A stretch of 64,000 nt of DNA from Pseudomonadota bacterium (GCA_040386375.1 JAZKFQ010000022.1:30372-94371), one strand, 5' to 3'. Shown: positions 19,338 to 28,277, counted from the first letter of the stretch. A program made the numbers and translations. The notes: generated from the sequence alone by a model not told the origin.

Positions 19338-19372
19338 TTGTAGATAGTATTTGTGTCCACTTTGATTGACAA
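19329..19372 (-). promoter_or_regulatory. crtI sigma70-type promoter overlapped by PpsR boxes
   Basis: Minus strand TTGTCA-17-TACTAT; perfect box TGTCCACTTTGATTGACA (19354-19371) and one-mismatch box TGTCAACATTTGTAGATA (19329-19346). Confidence 0.8.
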
Positions 19373-19505
19373 TAGGGTTGCCCTCCTTCCCTGCTGGCCG
19401 GTCTGCGCGGTGGTGATGCGGTAAAGTCCATGCTCCGTGCCGTGCCTTTGGTGCTGCCAGTCAAAGGAGTGTGGTGGCAGCGAACCAGAGAGAAGGGAGA
19501 CTGGC

Positions 19506-20966
19506 ATGAGTCCAAGCCCTCCTGAGATGGCTGATCTGGGCGCATTGGCCGGGCTGGCGCCCGAGCTGGCGAACACATTCGCCTCACTCGCCAGCGACAT
19601 CGCGCTGGTGATCGACGCTGCCGGCGTGATCCGCAACGTGGCCCTGGGCGACAACGCCGTCGGCCACCGTGCCGACCAGTGGGTGGGCAGTGCCTTCATC
19701 GACACCGTCACCCAGGACACCCGCGGCAAGATCGCATCGATGCTGCAGGAAGTGCAGCGCACCGGTGTGTCGCGCCGGCGTGAGGTCAACCTGCCCGGGC
19801 CGGGCGACACCAGCATCCCGGTGGTGTTTGCCGCCATCCGCCTGGGCGTCGACGGCCCGGTGCTGGCCGTGGGGCGGGATCTGCGCGCCATCGCCGCGAT
19901 CCAGCAGCGCTTTCTCGACGCCCAGCAGGCGCTGGAGCGCGACTACTGGCAGCAGCGCCAGACCGAATCCCGCTACCGCCTGCTGTTCCAGGTGGCCACC
20001 GATGCGGTGCTGGTGGTCGATGCCGCCACGCTCACCATCATCGAGGCCAACCGCGCCGCGGCCGAGCTGTTCGGCCATGCGCCGGCGCAGATGGCCGGCC
20101 AGCCGGCGGTGGTGGGCATCGACCCGGCCTCGCGCCCGGCGGTCGAGGAGTTGCTCAGCGCCACCCGCGCAAGCGGCAAGCCGGCCGAGATCCGCGCCCG
20201 CCTGGGCGGGCCCGCCGGCCTGCCGGGCCTGGCCCTGGTGGATGTGTCGGCGACGCCTTTCCGGGCCACGGCCGACGGCGCCAGCCAGCTGCTGCTGCTG
20301 GTGCGGGTGCGCAGCACCGAGCGGCCGGGCAGCGATGCGGCCCGCCGCCTGGCTGAATTCGTCGAGCAGACACCCGATGCGGTGGTCATCACCGACAGCA
20401 ACGGCCGGCTGCAGATCGCCAACCCGGCCTTCCTGGCGCTGTGCCCGCCCGGTGTGCAGGAGACGCACTTCAAGGGCCGCACCCTGGGCGATCTGCTGGG
20501 CGACCCCGGGCACCGCCTGACGGCCCTGGTGGCCGAGGTGCGCCGCAACGGCATCGCCAACCAGGTTCGGGCCCCCATCGGCCCGCTGCGCTCACCCTGG
20601 GCCGGCGCCCGGGCGCAGGAAGTGGAAGTCTCGGCCGCCCTGCTGGCCGAGGGTGACCAGGAGTGCATCGGCTTCATCCTGCGCCGCCACACGCCACGGC
20701 AGGAGCAGCTGCTGCAGCCGGTGGACGGCCTGGCCGCGGCGATCGAGAACCTGGCGGCCCAGTTGGGCCGTGTCTCGCTGCCCGAGCTGATGCAGGAGGC
20801 CACCCACCTGGCCGAGTACCACCTGATCCGCAGCGCGCTCGAGCGTGCTGGCGGCCATGCGGCGACGGCGGCCAACTGGCTGGACATCACCCCCGAGAGC
20901 CTGAGCCTGCGCCTGGCGCGCCATGGCCTGGTGGCCGATGGCGGCACCCCGCCGCTGCTGAACTGA
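19506..20966 (+). CDS. ppsR: PpsR-family PAS-domain regulator (paralog with degenerate C-terminal HTH)
   Basis: SDIALVID N-domain, Q-helix GRDLRAIAAIQQRFLDAQQALERDYW...SRYRLLF, two PAS domains, LGRVSL.EL..E.T region; SD GGGAG upstream. Confidence 0.88.
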   Translation: MSPSPPEMADLGALAGLAPELANTFASLASDIALVIDAAGVIRNVALGDNAVGHRADQWVGSAFIDTVTQDTRGKIASMLQEVQRTGVSRRREVNLPGPGDTSIPVVFAAIRLGVDGPVLAVGRDLRAIAAIQQRFLDAQQALERDYWQQRQTESRYRLLFQVATDAVLVVDAATLTIIEANRAAAELFGHAPAQMAGQPAVVGIDPASRPAVEELLSATRASGKPAEIRARLGGPAGLPGLALVDVSATPFRATADGASQLLLLVRVRSTERPGSDAARRLAEFVEQTPDAVVITDSNGRLQIANPAFLALCPPGVQETHFKGRTLGDLLGDPGHRLTALVAEVRRNGIANQVRAPIGPLRSPWAGARAQEVEVSAALLAEGDQECIGFILRRHTPRQEQLLQPVDGLAAAIENLAAQLGRVSLPELMQEATHLAEYHLIRSALERAGGHAATAANWLDITPESLSLRLARHGLVADGGTPPLLN

Positions 20967-21041
20967 CACCAGCGCGCACGCCAGCGCAAGCCCGGGATTG
21001 CCGCTGCTGCGGCGGCCCCGTGCTGCGGTAACCTGTCCACC

Positions 21042-23240
21042 GTGGACCACAGCCCCGCCTTCGGTCAGGCCGATCTCAGCAATTGCGAGCGTGAGCTCAT
21101 CCACCTCGCCGGGTCGATCCAGCCGCATGGTGTGCTGCTGGTGCTGCGTGAGCGCGATGGCCTGGTGGTGCAGGTCTCGTCCAACTGCGCCGCGCTGCTG
21201 GGCCTGCCCGCCGAGCGGCTGCTGATGCGCCCGCTGTCCCTGCTGGGCGGCGACCTGGAGGCGCGGGTGCAGCTGCTGGCGGCGGCGCCCGACCTGGCCG
21301 ATCCGCGCCCGCTGCCGGCCCACACCACCGTGGCCGGTGTGCCGCGGGAATGGTCGGCGGCGCTGCACCGGGTGGCCGCCCAGGGCGTGCTGGTGCTGGA
21401 ACTGGAGGCCTGCGACGGTGGCGAGGCCGGTGTGCTGCTGCCGGGCCAGCCGGCGCTGATGCAGCGGCTGTCGGATGCCGTGCAGCGCTTCGGCCAGGCC
21501 GCCAGCATCGGTGTGCTGTGCGACGGCATCGCCCGCTGCGTGCGCGACCTCACCGGCCACGACCGCGTGATGGTCTACAAGTTCGACCCCGACGGCCACG
21601 GCAAGATCATCGCCGAGGCGCGCGACCCGCGGCTGGACACCCTGCTGGGCCACCAGTACCCCGCCACCGACATCCCGCAGCGTGCGCGCCAGCTCTACCT
21701 GGCCAACCGGGTGCGGGTGCTGGTGGACGTGCACTACCAGCCGGTGCCGCTGCAGCCCGTGCTGCTGCCGGCCGACCCGGCGGGCGGCCGGCCCGAGCCG
21801 GTGGATCTGGACATGTCGATGTGCGCGCTGCGCAGCATGTCGCCGCTGCACCTGCAGTACCTGAAGAACATGGGCGTCACCGCCACCCTGGTGGTGTCGC
21901 TGGTGCGCGAGGGCCGGCTGTGGGGCCTGATCGCGGCCCACCATGACAGCCCGCGCGCCATCAGCCCCGGCCTGCGTGCCGCCTGCGATCTGCTGGCCGA
22001 GGTGGCGGCCACCCGCATCGCGGCGATCGAGAACTATGCCCACGCCCAGGTCGCCATCCTGGTGCGGCGGCTGGAGCAGCGCCTGGTGGAGGCCACTTCC
22101 ACCGAGGGCGACTGGCGCCTGGCGCTGTTCCGCAACCCGCGCACCCTGCTGCAGCCGCTGGAGGCCACCGGCGCGGCGCTGTTCCACGCCGGTGAATGGC
22201 TCACCTCCGGCGAGGTGCCGTCCACCCCCGAGCTGCGCCAGCTGCTGCACTGGGTGGATGCGCACTACACCGACGCGCCGTTCGCCACTGCCGCGGTGGG
22301 CCGGGCCGACCCCGCGCTGGAGTCGCTGACGCCCATGGCCAGCGGCGTGCTGGCGGTCAAGCTGTCCAGCCAGCGGCCCGATTACCTGATGTGGTTCCGC
22401 AAGGAGCAGCTGCACACCGTCACCTGGGCCGGCGACCCGGCCAAGCCCACGGTCAACGATGACCCGCTGACCTTGTCGCCGCGCCGCTCCTTCGCCGCCT
22501 GGAGCGAGATCGTGCGTGGCACGGCACTGCCCTGGAGCGCCGCCGAGCTGGCGCTGGGCCGTGCCGTGGGCGCCTCGCTGGTGGACATCATCGTGCAGGT
22601 CAACGCGGTGCGCCTGCTGGTGGCCGAGCACCAGCTGGCCGGCGTGCGGGCCACGGTGCAGAGCTCGCACGAGCCGGTGGCCATCGCCGACGGCCAGGGG
22701 GTGATGCTGTTCAGCAACCCGGCCTTCGCCAGCCTGCTGGGGCGCGCCCCCGGCAGCCTGGGCACGCTGGACGCGCTGGCCACCGTCTTCGACGAGCCGG
22801 CCCAGCTGCAGGCGGGCCTGGACTCGGTGCGCCGCCTGCACCAGGCCTGGCGCGGTGAGCTGGGCCTGCTGCGCAGCGGCGACGAAGCCGAGGCCCTGCC
22901 GGTGGGGCTGCGCATCGAGCTGGTGCCCGGGCGCGACGGCCAGGTGCTGGGCTACATCCTGATGCTCAGCGACCTGAGCGACAGCCGCCGCGCCGCCGCG
23001 GCGCGCCGCCATCTGGAAGACGCGCTGCAGCAGGCCGGCCGCGGTGGCCGCACCGACCGGCCAGGCAGCCCGGCCGACCAGGTGATCAGCGCCATCCTCA
23101 CCAATGCCAGCCTGGCCGCGATGGACATCGCCGACAGCAGCGGCGGCCCGGGCGTGGCACCGCTGCTGGAAGAGGTGGAGGCCTCGGCCCGGCGCGCGGC
23201 GGTGCTGTATGGCCGCATCCGCCAGCACTTCAGCAACTGA
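21042..23240 (+). CDS. bphP: Bacteriophytochrome, PAS-GAF-PHY-PAS-HOS type, no histidine kinase
   Basis: DLSNCERE (biliverdin Cys), SIQPHG, GHDRVMVY, TDIP, MSPLHLQYLKNMGV, PRRSF, C-terminal ILTNASLAAMDI; no H-box or ATPase boxes. Confidence 0.95.
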   Translation: MDHSPAFGQADLSNCERELIHLAGSIQPHGVLLVLRERDGLVVQVSSNCAALLGLPAERLLMRPLSLLGGDLEARVQLLAAAPDLADPRPLPAHTTVAGVPREWSAALHRVAAQGVLVLELEACDGGEAGVLLPGQPALMQRLSDAVQRFGQAASIGVLCDGIARCVRDLTGHDRVMVYKFDPDGHGKIIAEARDPRLDTLLGHQYPATDIPQRARQLYLANRVRVLVDVHYQPVPLQPVLLPADPAGGRPEPVDLDMSMCALRSMSPLHLQYLKNMGVTATLVVSLVREGRLWGLIAAHHDSPRAISPGLRAACDLLAEVAATRIAAIENYAHAQVAILVRRLEQRLVEATSTEGDWRLALFRNPRTLLQPLEATGAALFHAGEWLTSGEVPSTPELRQLLHWVDAHYTDAPFATAAVGRADPALESLTPMASGVLAVKLSSQRPDYLMWFRKEQLHTVTWAGDPAKPTVNDDPLTLSPRRSFAAWSEIVRGTALPWSAAELALGRAVGASLVDIIVQVNAVRLLVAEHQLAGVRATVQSSHEPVAIADGQGVMLFSNPAFASLLGRAPGSLGTLDALATVFDEPAQLQAGLDSVRRLHQAWRGELGLLRSGDEAEALPVGLRIELVPGRDGQVLGYILMLSDLSDSRRAAAARRHLEDALQQAGRGGRTDRPGSPADQVISAILTNASLAAMDIADSSGGPGVAPLLEEVEASARRAAVLYGRIRQHFSN

Positions 23241-23307
23241 GGTGGCCCACGCCCGATGCCCGGCGCTGCCGGATCCGCGGTGCCCATCGGCTGCCGACGG
23301 GGGTGAG

Positions 23308-23955
23308 TCAGGCGGCGTCGGTGCAGGGGCGCGCCAGTTCCTCGAACAGCCGCGCATGCTGGGCGAAGGCCCATTGCGCCTCTTCCACCAGGGCCTGGGC
23401 GCCGGCCTCGTCCAGCGGCAGGGCGTCCAGGGCCTGGCGCAGGCCCTGGCTGAGCTGGCGCACCAGCGGCGGCGGGCCGAAATCGAAGAACCGGGTGCCG
23501 GCGTCGCCGGCCAGCTGGTAGGCCTGCTGCGCCACCCGGCGCAGTGCCTGGCCGCCGGCCAGGTCACCCAGGTAGCGCACATAGGCATGGGCGACCAGCA
23601 GCGGCGGCTGCTGCTGCGCCAGTTCCTGCAGGCGCTGGGCATAGGCGCTGGCCGCCGCGGTCACCGGCAAGGCGGTGGCCCACAGCGGCCCGTGCAGCAC
23701 GCCCAGATCGGCCTGCAGGGCCTGGCAGCGTGCCAGCGGGCCCAGCTGCAGCGGCGCCAGCAGGGGGTGGCCGGCATGGCTGTGCAGGCCGGCTTCCAGC
23801 GCCTGGTAGATGCTGAACAGGTTGCGCTGCAGGCGCTGGAAGCCGGCGGCCGGCAGCTGGCCGCGCAGCAGGGCCGGCATGATGCCGGCGCGTTCGGTGG
23901 TGGTGTGCAGGGCCCAGGTGCCCTCGCGCAGGCGCTGGGCCAGACCCATGCTCAT
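23308..23955 (-). CDS. bphO: Biliverdin-producing heme oxygenase
   Basis: LREGT..LH...E, AHAYVRYLGDLAGGQ, RFFDF; next to the phytochrome. Confidence 0.93.
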   Translation of the reverse strand: MSMGLAQRLREGTWALHTTTERAGIMPALLRGQLPAAGFQRLQRNLFSIYQALEAGLHSHAGHPLLAPLQLGPLARCQALQADLGVLHGPLWATALPVTAAASAYAQRLQELAQQQPPLLVAHAYVRYLGDLAGGQALRRVAQQAYQLAGDAGTRFFDFGPPPLVRQLSQGLRQALDALPLDEAGAQALVEEAQWAFAQHARLFEELARPCTDAA

Positions 23956-24017
23956 GTGTGTGCTCGTCGTGGCCGGGGACAACTGCCGGCTCTGCGAACG
24001 ATGATAGCGAGCCGCCC

Positions 24018-24926
24018 ATGACCGGCGCGCTGGAATGGTCGCGTGACGGCGCGCACTGGCCGCACCGCGCCGCCAGCCGCTTCGTCGATGCCGGTGGCTG
24101 CCGCTGGCATGTGCAGGTGCTGCCGGGCGCGCCGGGCCAGCCGGTGCTGTGGCTGCTGCATGGCACCGGCGCGGCCAGCCATTCCTGGCGCGCGCTGGTG
24201 GACCGGCTGGCGCCGCAGGCCACCCTGGTGGTGCCCGATCTGCCCGGCCATGGTTTCAGCGGGGCGCTGCCGCAGGTCTCGCTGCCCGCCATGGCGCAGG
24301 CACTGGCGGCGCTGGCCCTGGCCCTGGGCCTGCCGCCCACGGTGCTGGTCGGTCACTCCGCCGGCGCCGCGCTGGCGCTGCGTGCGGTGCTGGACGGCCG
24401 GCTGGCACCGGCGCAGCTGGTGGGCATCAATGCCGCGCTGCTGCCGTTCGAGGGCCTGGCCGGCCGGGTGTTTGCGCCCATGGCGCGGCTGATGGCCCGC
24501 CAGGCCTGGGTGCCCTGGCTGTTCGCCCGCCGCGCCGGCGATGCCGCGGCGGTGCAGCGCCTGGTGGCGTCCACCGGCTCCACGCTGGACGCCCAGGGCC
24601 TGGCGCTCTATGCCCGGCTGATGCGCAGCCCGGCGCATGTGGCCGGTGCCCTGGCGATGATGGCCGACTGGGACCTGGAGGCGCTGTGGCATGACCTGCC
24701 CGGCCTGCAGCCGCCGCTGGCCCTGCTGGTGGGCGGGCAGGACCGCACGGTGCCGCCGTCCCAGGCCCAGCGTGTGCGGCTGAAGCTGCCTGCCACCCGG
24801 GTGCAGCTGCTGGACGGCCTGGGCCACCTGGCGCATGAAGAGGCGCCGCAGCGCCTGGCCGATGCGCTGCTGGCGCTGGGCATCGCCGGTGCAAGGTCGC
24901 AGCAGCCGCCGCGCCGGGTGGCCTGA
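24018..24926 (+). CDS. bchO: Alpha/beta hydrolase, magnesium chelatase accessory protein
   Basis: WPHR..SRFV, LLHGTGAASHSW, PDLPGHGF, GHSAG, GHLAHEE. Confidence 0.88.
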   Translation: MTGALEWSRDGAHWPHRAASRFVDAGGCRWHVQVLPGAPGQPVLWLLHGTGAASHSWRALVDRLAPQATLVVPDLPGHGFSGALPQVSLPAMAQALAALALALGLPPTVLVGHSAGAALALRAVLDGRLAPAQLVGINAALLPFEGLAGRVFAPMARLMARQAWVPWLFARRAGDAAAVQRLVASTGSTLDAQGLALYARLMRSPAHVAGALAMMADWDLEALWHDLPGLQPPLALLVGGQDRTVPPSQAQRVRLKLPATRVQLLDGLGHLAHEEAPQRLADALLALGIAGARSQQPPRRVA

Positions 24927-24940
24927 CACCGTTGCCAGCC

Positions 24941-25252
24941 TCAGCGGCTGTCGGGGGGCAGCACCCGGCCCTGCGCATCCAGCGCCAGCCTGCACTGCCG
25001 CCGGCCGAAGCCCAGCGGGTCGTCCACCAGCACCACGCCCGGCGCCACCGTCGCCAGCACATAACCGCGTTCCAGCGCGGATGCCTGCACCTGCTGCAGC
25101 GCCGTGCCGGGCGGCTGCCCGGTGCAGAAGGCCTGCAGGTTGCGGTTGGCGGCGATGAAGGGCCAGAACGCCAGCAGCACACCGCCCAGCATCAGCGCCA
25201 GCATGCCGCCGAAGACGGTGAGGCGCAGCCGGCGGGTGGAGGACAAGGCCAT
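24941..25252 (-). CDS. 103-aa membrane-anchored protein of unknown function
   Basis: ATG 14 nt after the bchD stop; N-terminal TM helix; two Cys in the soluble part. Confidence 0.7.
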   Translation of the reverse strand: MALSSTRRLRLTVFGGMLALMLGGVLLAFWPFIAANRNLQAFCTGQPPGTALQQVQASALERGYVLATVAPGVVLVDDPLGFGRRQCRLALDAQGRVLPPDSR

Positions 25253-25266
25253 GGCAGGGTGGCTGC

Positions 25267-27252
25267 TCAGGTGGGCGCCGACAGGGCGCGGGCGGCGCGG
25301 GACAGCTTGGCTGCGTCCATCTGCGGCAGCGGCAGGTAGAGCGCACCCAGGGCATCGGCCAGCAGGCGTGCCGGCGTGGGCTCGGCGGCGGTCGCGCCCG
25401 CCCCCACGCCGGTGCGGCCGCTGCCGGGCGCGGTGTCGACCATCAGCATGCCCAGGCCCAGCGCGCGCAGCCGCCGCGCACTGGCCAGGGCGTCGCTGCT
25501 GGCCAGGCCACGCCCCGGCTGGCCGTTGCGGGCGATGTTGGCGCGGGCGTCGCTCAGCAGCACCAGCACCGGCGTGCCACCGCGGCGCAGCAGGCTGGTG
25601 GCCAGTTCGGCGGCGCTGTCCAGCGCCAGCGCCAGTGGTGTGCCCCCGCCGCCGGGCAGGCCGGCCAGGGCGCGCTTGGCGCGCACCAGCGAGCGTGTGG
25701 GCGGCAGCACCAGCTCGGCGCCGGCGCCGCGGAAGGCCAGCAGCGCCACCCGGTCGCGCCGCACGTAGCAATCGGCCAGCAGCAGCTCCACCGCGCCCTT
25801 GGCCTCGGCCAGGCGGTGCAGCGCGGCCGAGCCGGAGGCGTCGACCACGAACAGCGTGGTGGTCTCGCGGCGCTGGGCGCGGCGGCTGATGTGGAAATCC
25901 TCGGCCCGCACCAGCACCCGGCGCCTGGGCGCGCCGGCATCGGCCAGCGCCGCCTCGCGCTGGCGCAGCGGCTGCCAGGGCGCGGCGGCGCGCAGGGTGG
26001 CGATCAGGTCGAGCCGGGCGCCGCCGCGCAGCTCGCCGCGGCGTGCGCCCAGCGGCCGGCCACGCGGCCCACCCGCCTGCAGCGCGCCCACACGCCCGGC
26101 CGAGGGGGCCGCACTGCGCTGCCGGGCGCCGGCCTTCAGCTGTGCCAGCAGGCCGGCAGGCATGGCGGCCAGGGCGGCTTCCAGCACCACCTCGTCCAGC
26201 GGCTGGCCGGGATCGGGTGGTGGAGGTGGGTCGTCGTCGGCAGGTGGCTCGGCCGTGGTGGCATCGGCCGCGGGTGGCGGTGCGGCATCGGCAGGCGGCT
26301 CGGACGGCGCAGGCGCGGGCTGGGCCGGCTGCTCTGGAGGCGGTTCGGCCTCGGCGGGTGCCGGCCAGCGCGTGGCGCGGGGGCCCAGCACCAGGCGGGC
26401 GGCCAGCGCCGCATCGTCGGGCTGCACCGTGTCATGGCCTTGCAGCGCGGCGGCGGCGCAGGCTGCGCGCAGCGCCAGCCAGGGCGCGCGCAGCGAGTCC
26501 ACACCCAGCGCCGCCGCAGCGCGGCACAGCGCGGTGATGGTGCTCTCGCCGCTGGCCACCCGGGGCAGCTGGGCACGGGCCGCGGCCACGTCGGCGGCGC
26601 TCACCGCCAGCAGGGCGTCCAGTGCGGCGGGCTCGCCGGCAGCCGCAGCCACCCCGCTGGCCGCGCCGCTGCGCGGGCCCGGCCCGTGGGCGGGCAGGCC
26701 TTCGAGCAGCAGGTGGAAGGCCAGGCGGTCGGCCAGGGCCTGCGGGGCCGATTCGCCACCGCCGGCCCCGTCGTCCAGCCCCTCGTCCAGCGCCACCACA
26801 CCGATGCGTGCCGGCTGGCGCAGCGCCAGGCCGTCCCGCTCCACCAGCACCTGGCCACTGTCCAGCACGGCAGCCACCCGGGCGGCGGTGCCGGGGCTCA
26901 GGCGCTCGGCCATGGCCAGCAGCACCAGGCCGCCATCGGCCTCGGCCAGCACACCACGCTGGGCCACCGGCCGGCCGGCCTGCAGGGTGGCGGTGAGGTC
27001 CAGCCCGCCCAGCAGGCGTTCGTCGGCAATGCCGTGCGGCACCCGCCGCATCGGCACGCCGGCCGGCAGGCTGTGCTGCAGCGCCGCCAGCCACAGCGCA
27101 CGCTGCGGGCCGGCATGGGCGCGCACCAGGGCGCCGCCCAGGCCCACCGGGTCCACCGCCAGCAGGGCCGCGGCGGTCAGTGCGTCGGCCCAGAGCGCAT
27201 CAGTGTCGGTGCGGGTGTCGGCGTCGCTGTCGACGCCCGGCTCGGCTGTCAT
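25267..27252 (-). CDS. bchD: Magnesium chelatase subunit D
   Basis: ERLLGGLDL..TL..G, Pro-rich linker, vWA FVVDASGS, GGGTPLA, LSDARAN. Confidence 0.95.
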   Translation of the reverse strand: MTAEPGVDSDADTRTDTDALWADALTAAALLAVDPVGLGGALVRAHAGPQRALWLAALQHSLPAGVPMRRVPHGIADERLLGGLDLTATLQAGRPVAQRGVLAEADGGLVLLAMAERLSPGTAARVAAVLDSGQVLVERDGLALRQPARIGVVALDEGLDDGAGGGESAPQALADRLAFHLLLEGLPAHGPGPRSGAASGVAAAAGEPAALDALLAVSAADVAAARAQLPRVASGESTITALCRAAAALGVDSLRAPWLALRAACAAAALQGHDTVQPDDAALAARLVLGPRATRWPAPAEAEPPPEQPAQPAPAPSEPPADAAPPPAADATTAEPPADDDPPPPPDPGQPLDEVVLEAALAAMPAGLLAQLKAGARQRSAAPSAGRVGALQAGGPRGRPLGARRGELRGGARLDLIATLRAAAPWQPLRQREAALADAGAPRRRVLVRAEDFHISRRAQRRETTTLFVVDASGSAALHRLAEAKGAVELLLADCYVRRDRVALLAFRGAGAELVLPPTRSLVRAKRALAGLPGGGGTPLALALDSAAELATSLLRRGGTPVLVLLSDARANIARNGQPGRGLASSDALASARRLRALGLGMLMVDTAPGSGRTGVGAGATAAEPTPARLLADALGALYLPLPQMDAAKLSRAARALSAPT

Positions 27253-28277
27253 GCCGCAGGCAGATCCGCCAGCGCCCTTTCGACACGCACGCTGGAGCCG
27301 GCATCGTCCAGCGGGTCACGCCGCAGGCGGTGGCGCAGCGCCGGCGGGCCCACCCGTTTCACATGGGCGATGGTGACGGCCTGGTCGCCCTCGAACGCGG
27401 CCAGCGCGCGGGCGGCGCGCATCACCGTCAGCTCGCCACGCAAGCCGTCGGTGCCCAGGGCCATGCACAGCCGGGCCGTGTGTTCCAGCACCGCGTCGCT
27501 GACCACCACCTGCGGCAGCAGGGCACGGCCGGCGACGATGCGCTTGCGGATCTTGGCGTCCTCCTTGGCCCAGGTGGCGGTGAAGGCCAGCGGATCACGC
27601 TCGAAGGCATCGCGGCGCTTCACCACCTCGATGCGGGATGCCAGGTCCTGCGGCGTGCTGACCTCCACGCTCAGGCCGAAACGGTCCAGCAGCTGCGGCC
27701 GCAGCTCGCCTTCCTCCGGGTTGCCGCTGCCCACCAGCACGAAGCGCGCGGGGTGGCGCACGCTCAGGCCCTCGCGCTCGACCACGTTTTCGCCCGAGGC
27801 GGCCACGTCGATCAGCAGGTCCACCAGGTGGTCTTCCAGCAGGTTGACCTCGTCGATGTAGAGAAAGCCGCGGTGGGCGCGCGCCAGCAGGCCGGGTTCG
27901 AAGGCCTTGACACCATCGGCCAGGGCACGCTGCAGGTCGAGGGCGCCCACCACCCGGTCTTCGGTGGCGCCCAGCGGCAGGTCGACCACCGGCACCGGCA
28001 CGCTGTGGGTCTTGGGCTTGGCCTTGCCGGCCTTCAAGGTGGCGCACTGCTCGCAGGCGCCGGGTGCGGCGGCCGGGTCGCAGTGGTAGCGGCAGCCCAG
28101 GGTGGCCAGCATGGGCGGCAGCAGGGCGGCCAGGGCGCGCACCGCGGTGCTCTTGCCGGTGCCGCGGTCGCCGAAGACCAGCACACCGCCGATGCCGGGG
28201 TCGACCGCGGCCACCAGGATGGCCAGCTTCATCTCGTCCTGGCCGACGATGGCGGAGAAGGGAAAGGCAATCGCCAT
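27249..28277 (-). CDS. bchI: Magnesium chelatase subunit I
   Basis: FPFSAIVGQ, GDRGTGKST, LPLGATEDRVVG, YIDEVNLL, TDGLRGEL. Confidence 0.98.
   Translation of the reverse strand: MAIAFPFSAIVGQDEMKLAILVAAVDPGIGGVLVFGDRGTGKSTAVRALAALLPPMLATLGCRYHCDPAAAPGACEQCATLKAGKAKPKTHSVPVPVVDLPLGATEDRVVGALDLQRALADGVKAFEPGLLARAHRGFLYIDEVNLLEDHLVDLLIDVAASGENVVEREGLSVRHPARFVLVGSGNPEEGELRPQLLDRFGLSVEVSTPQDLASRIEVVKRRDAFERDPLAFTATWAKEDAKIRKRIVAGRALLPQVVVSDAVLEHTARLCMALGTDGLRGELTVMRAARALAAFEGDQAVTIAHVKRVGPPALRHRLRRDPLDDAGSSVRVERALADLPAA

Noticed and set aside
26200-26360. Pro/Ala-rich low-complexity stretch in bchD
   Set aside because: Normal BchD linker
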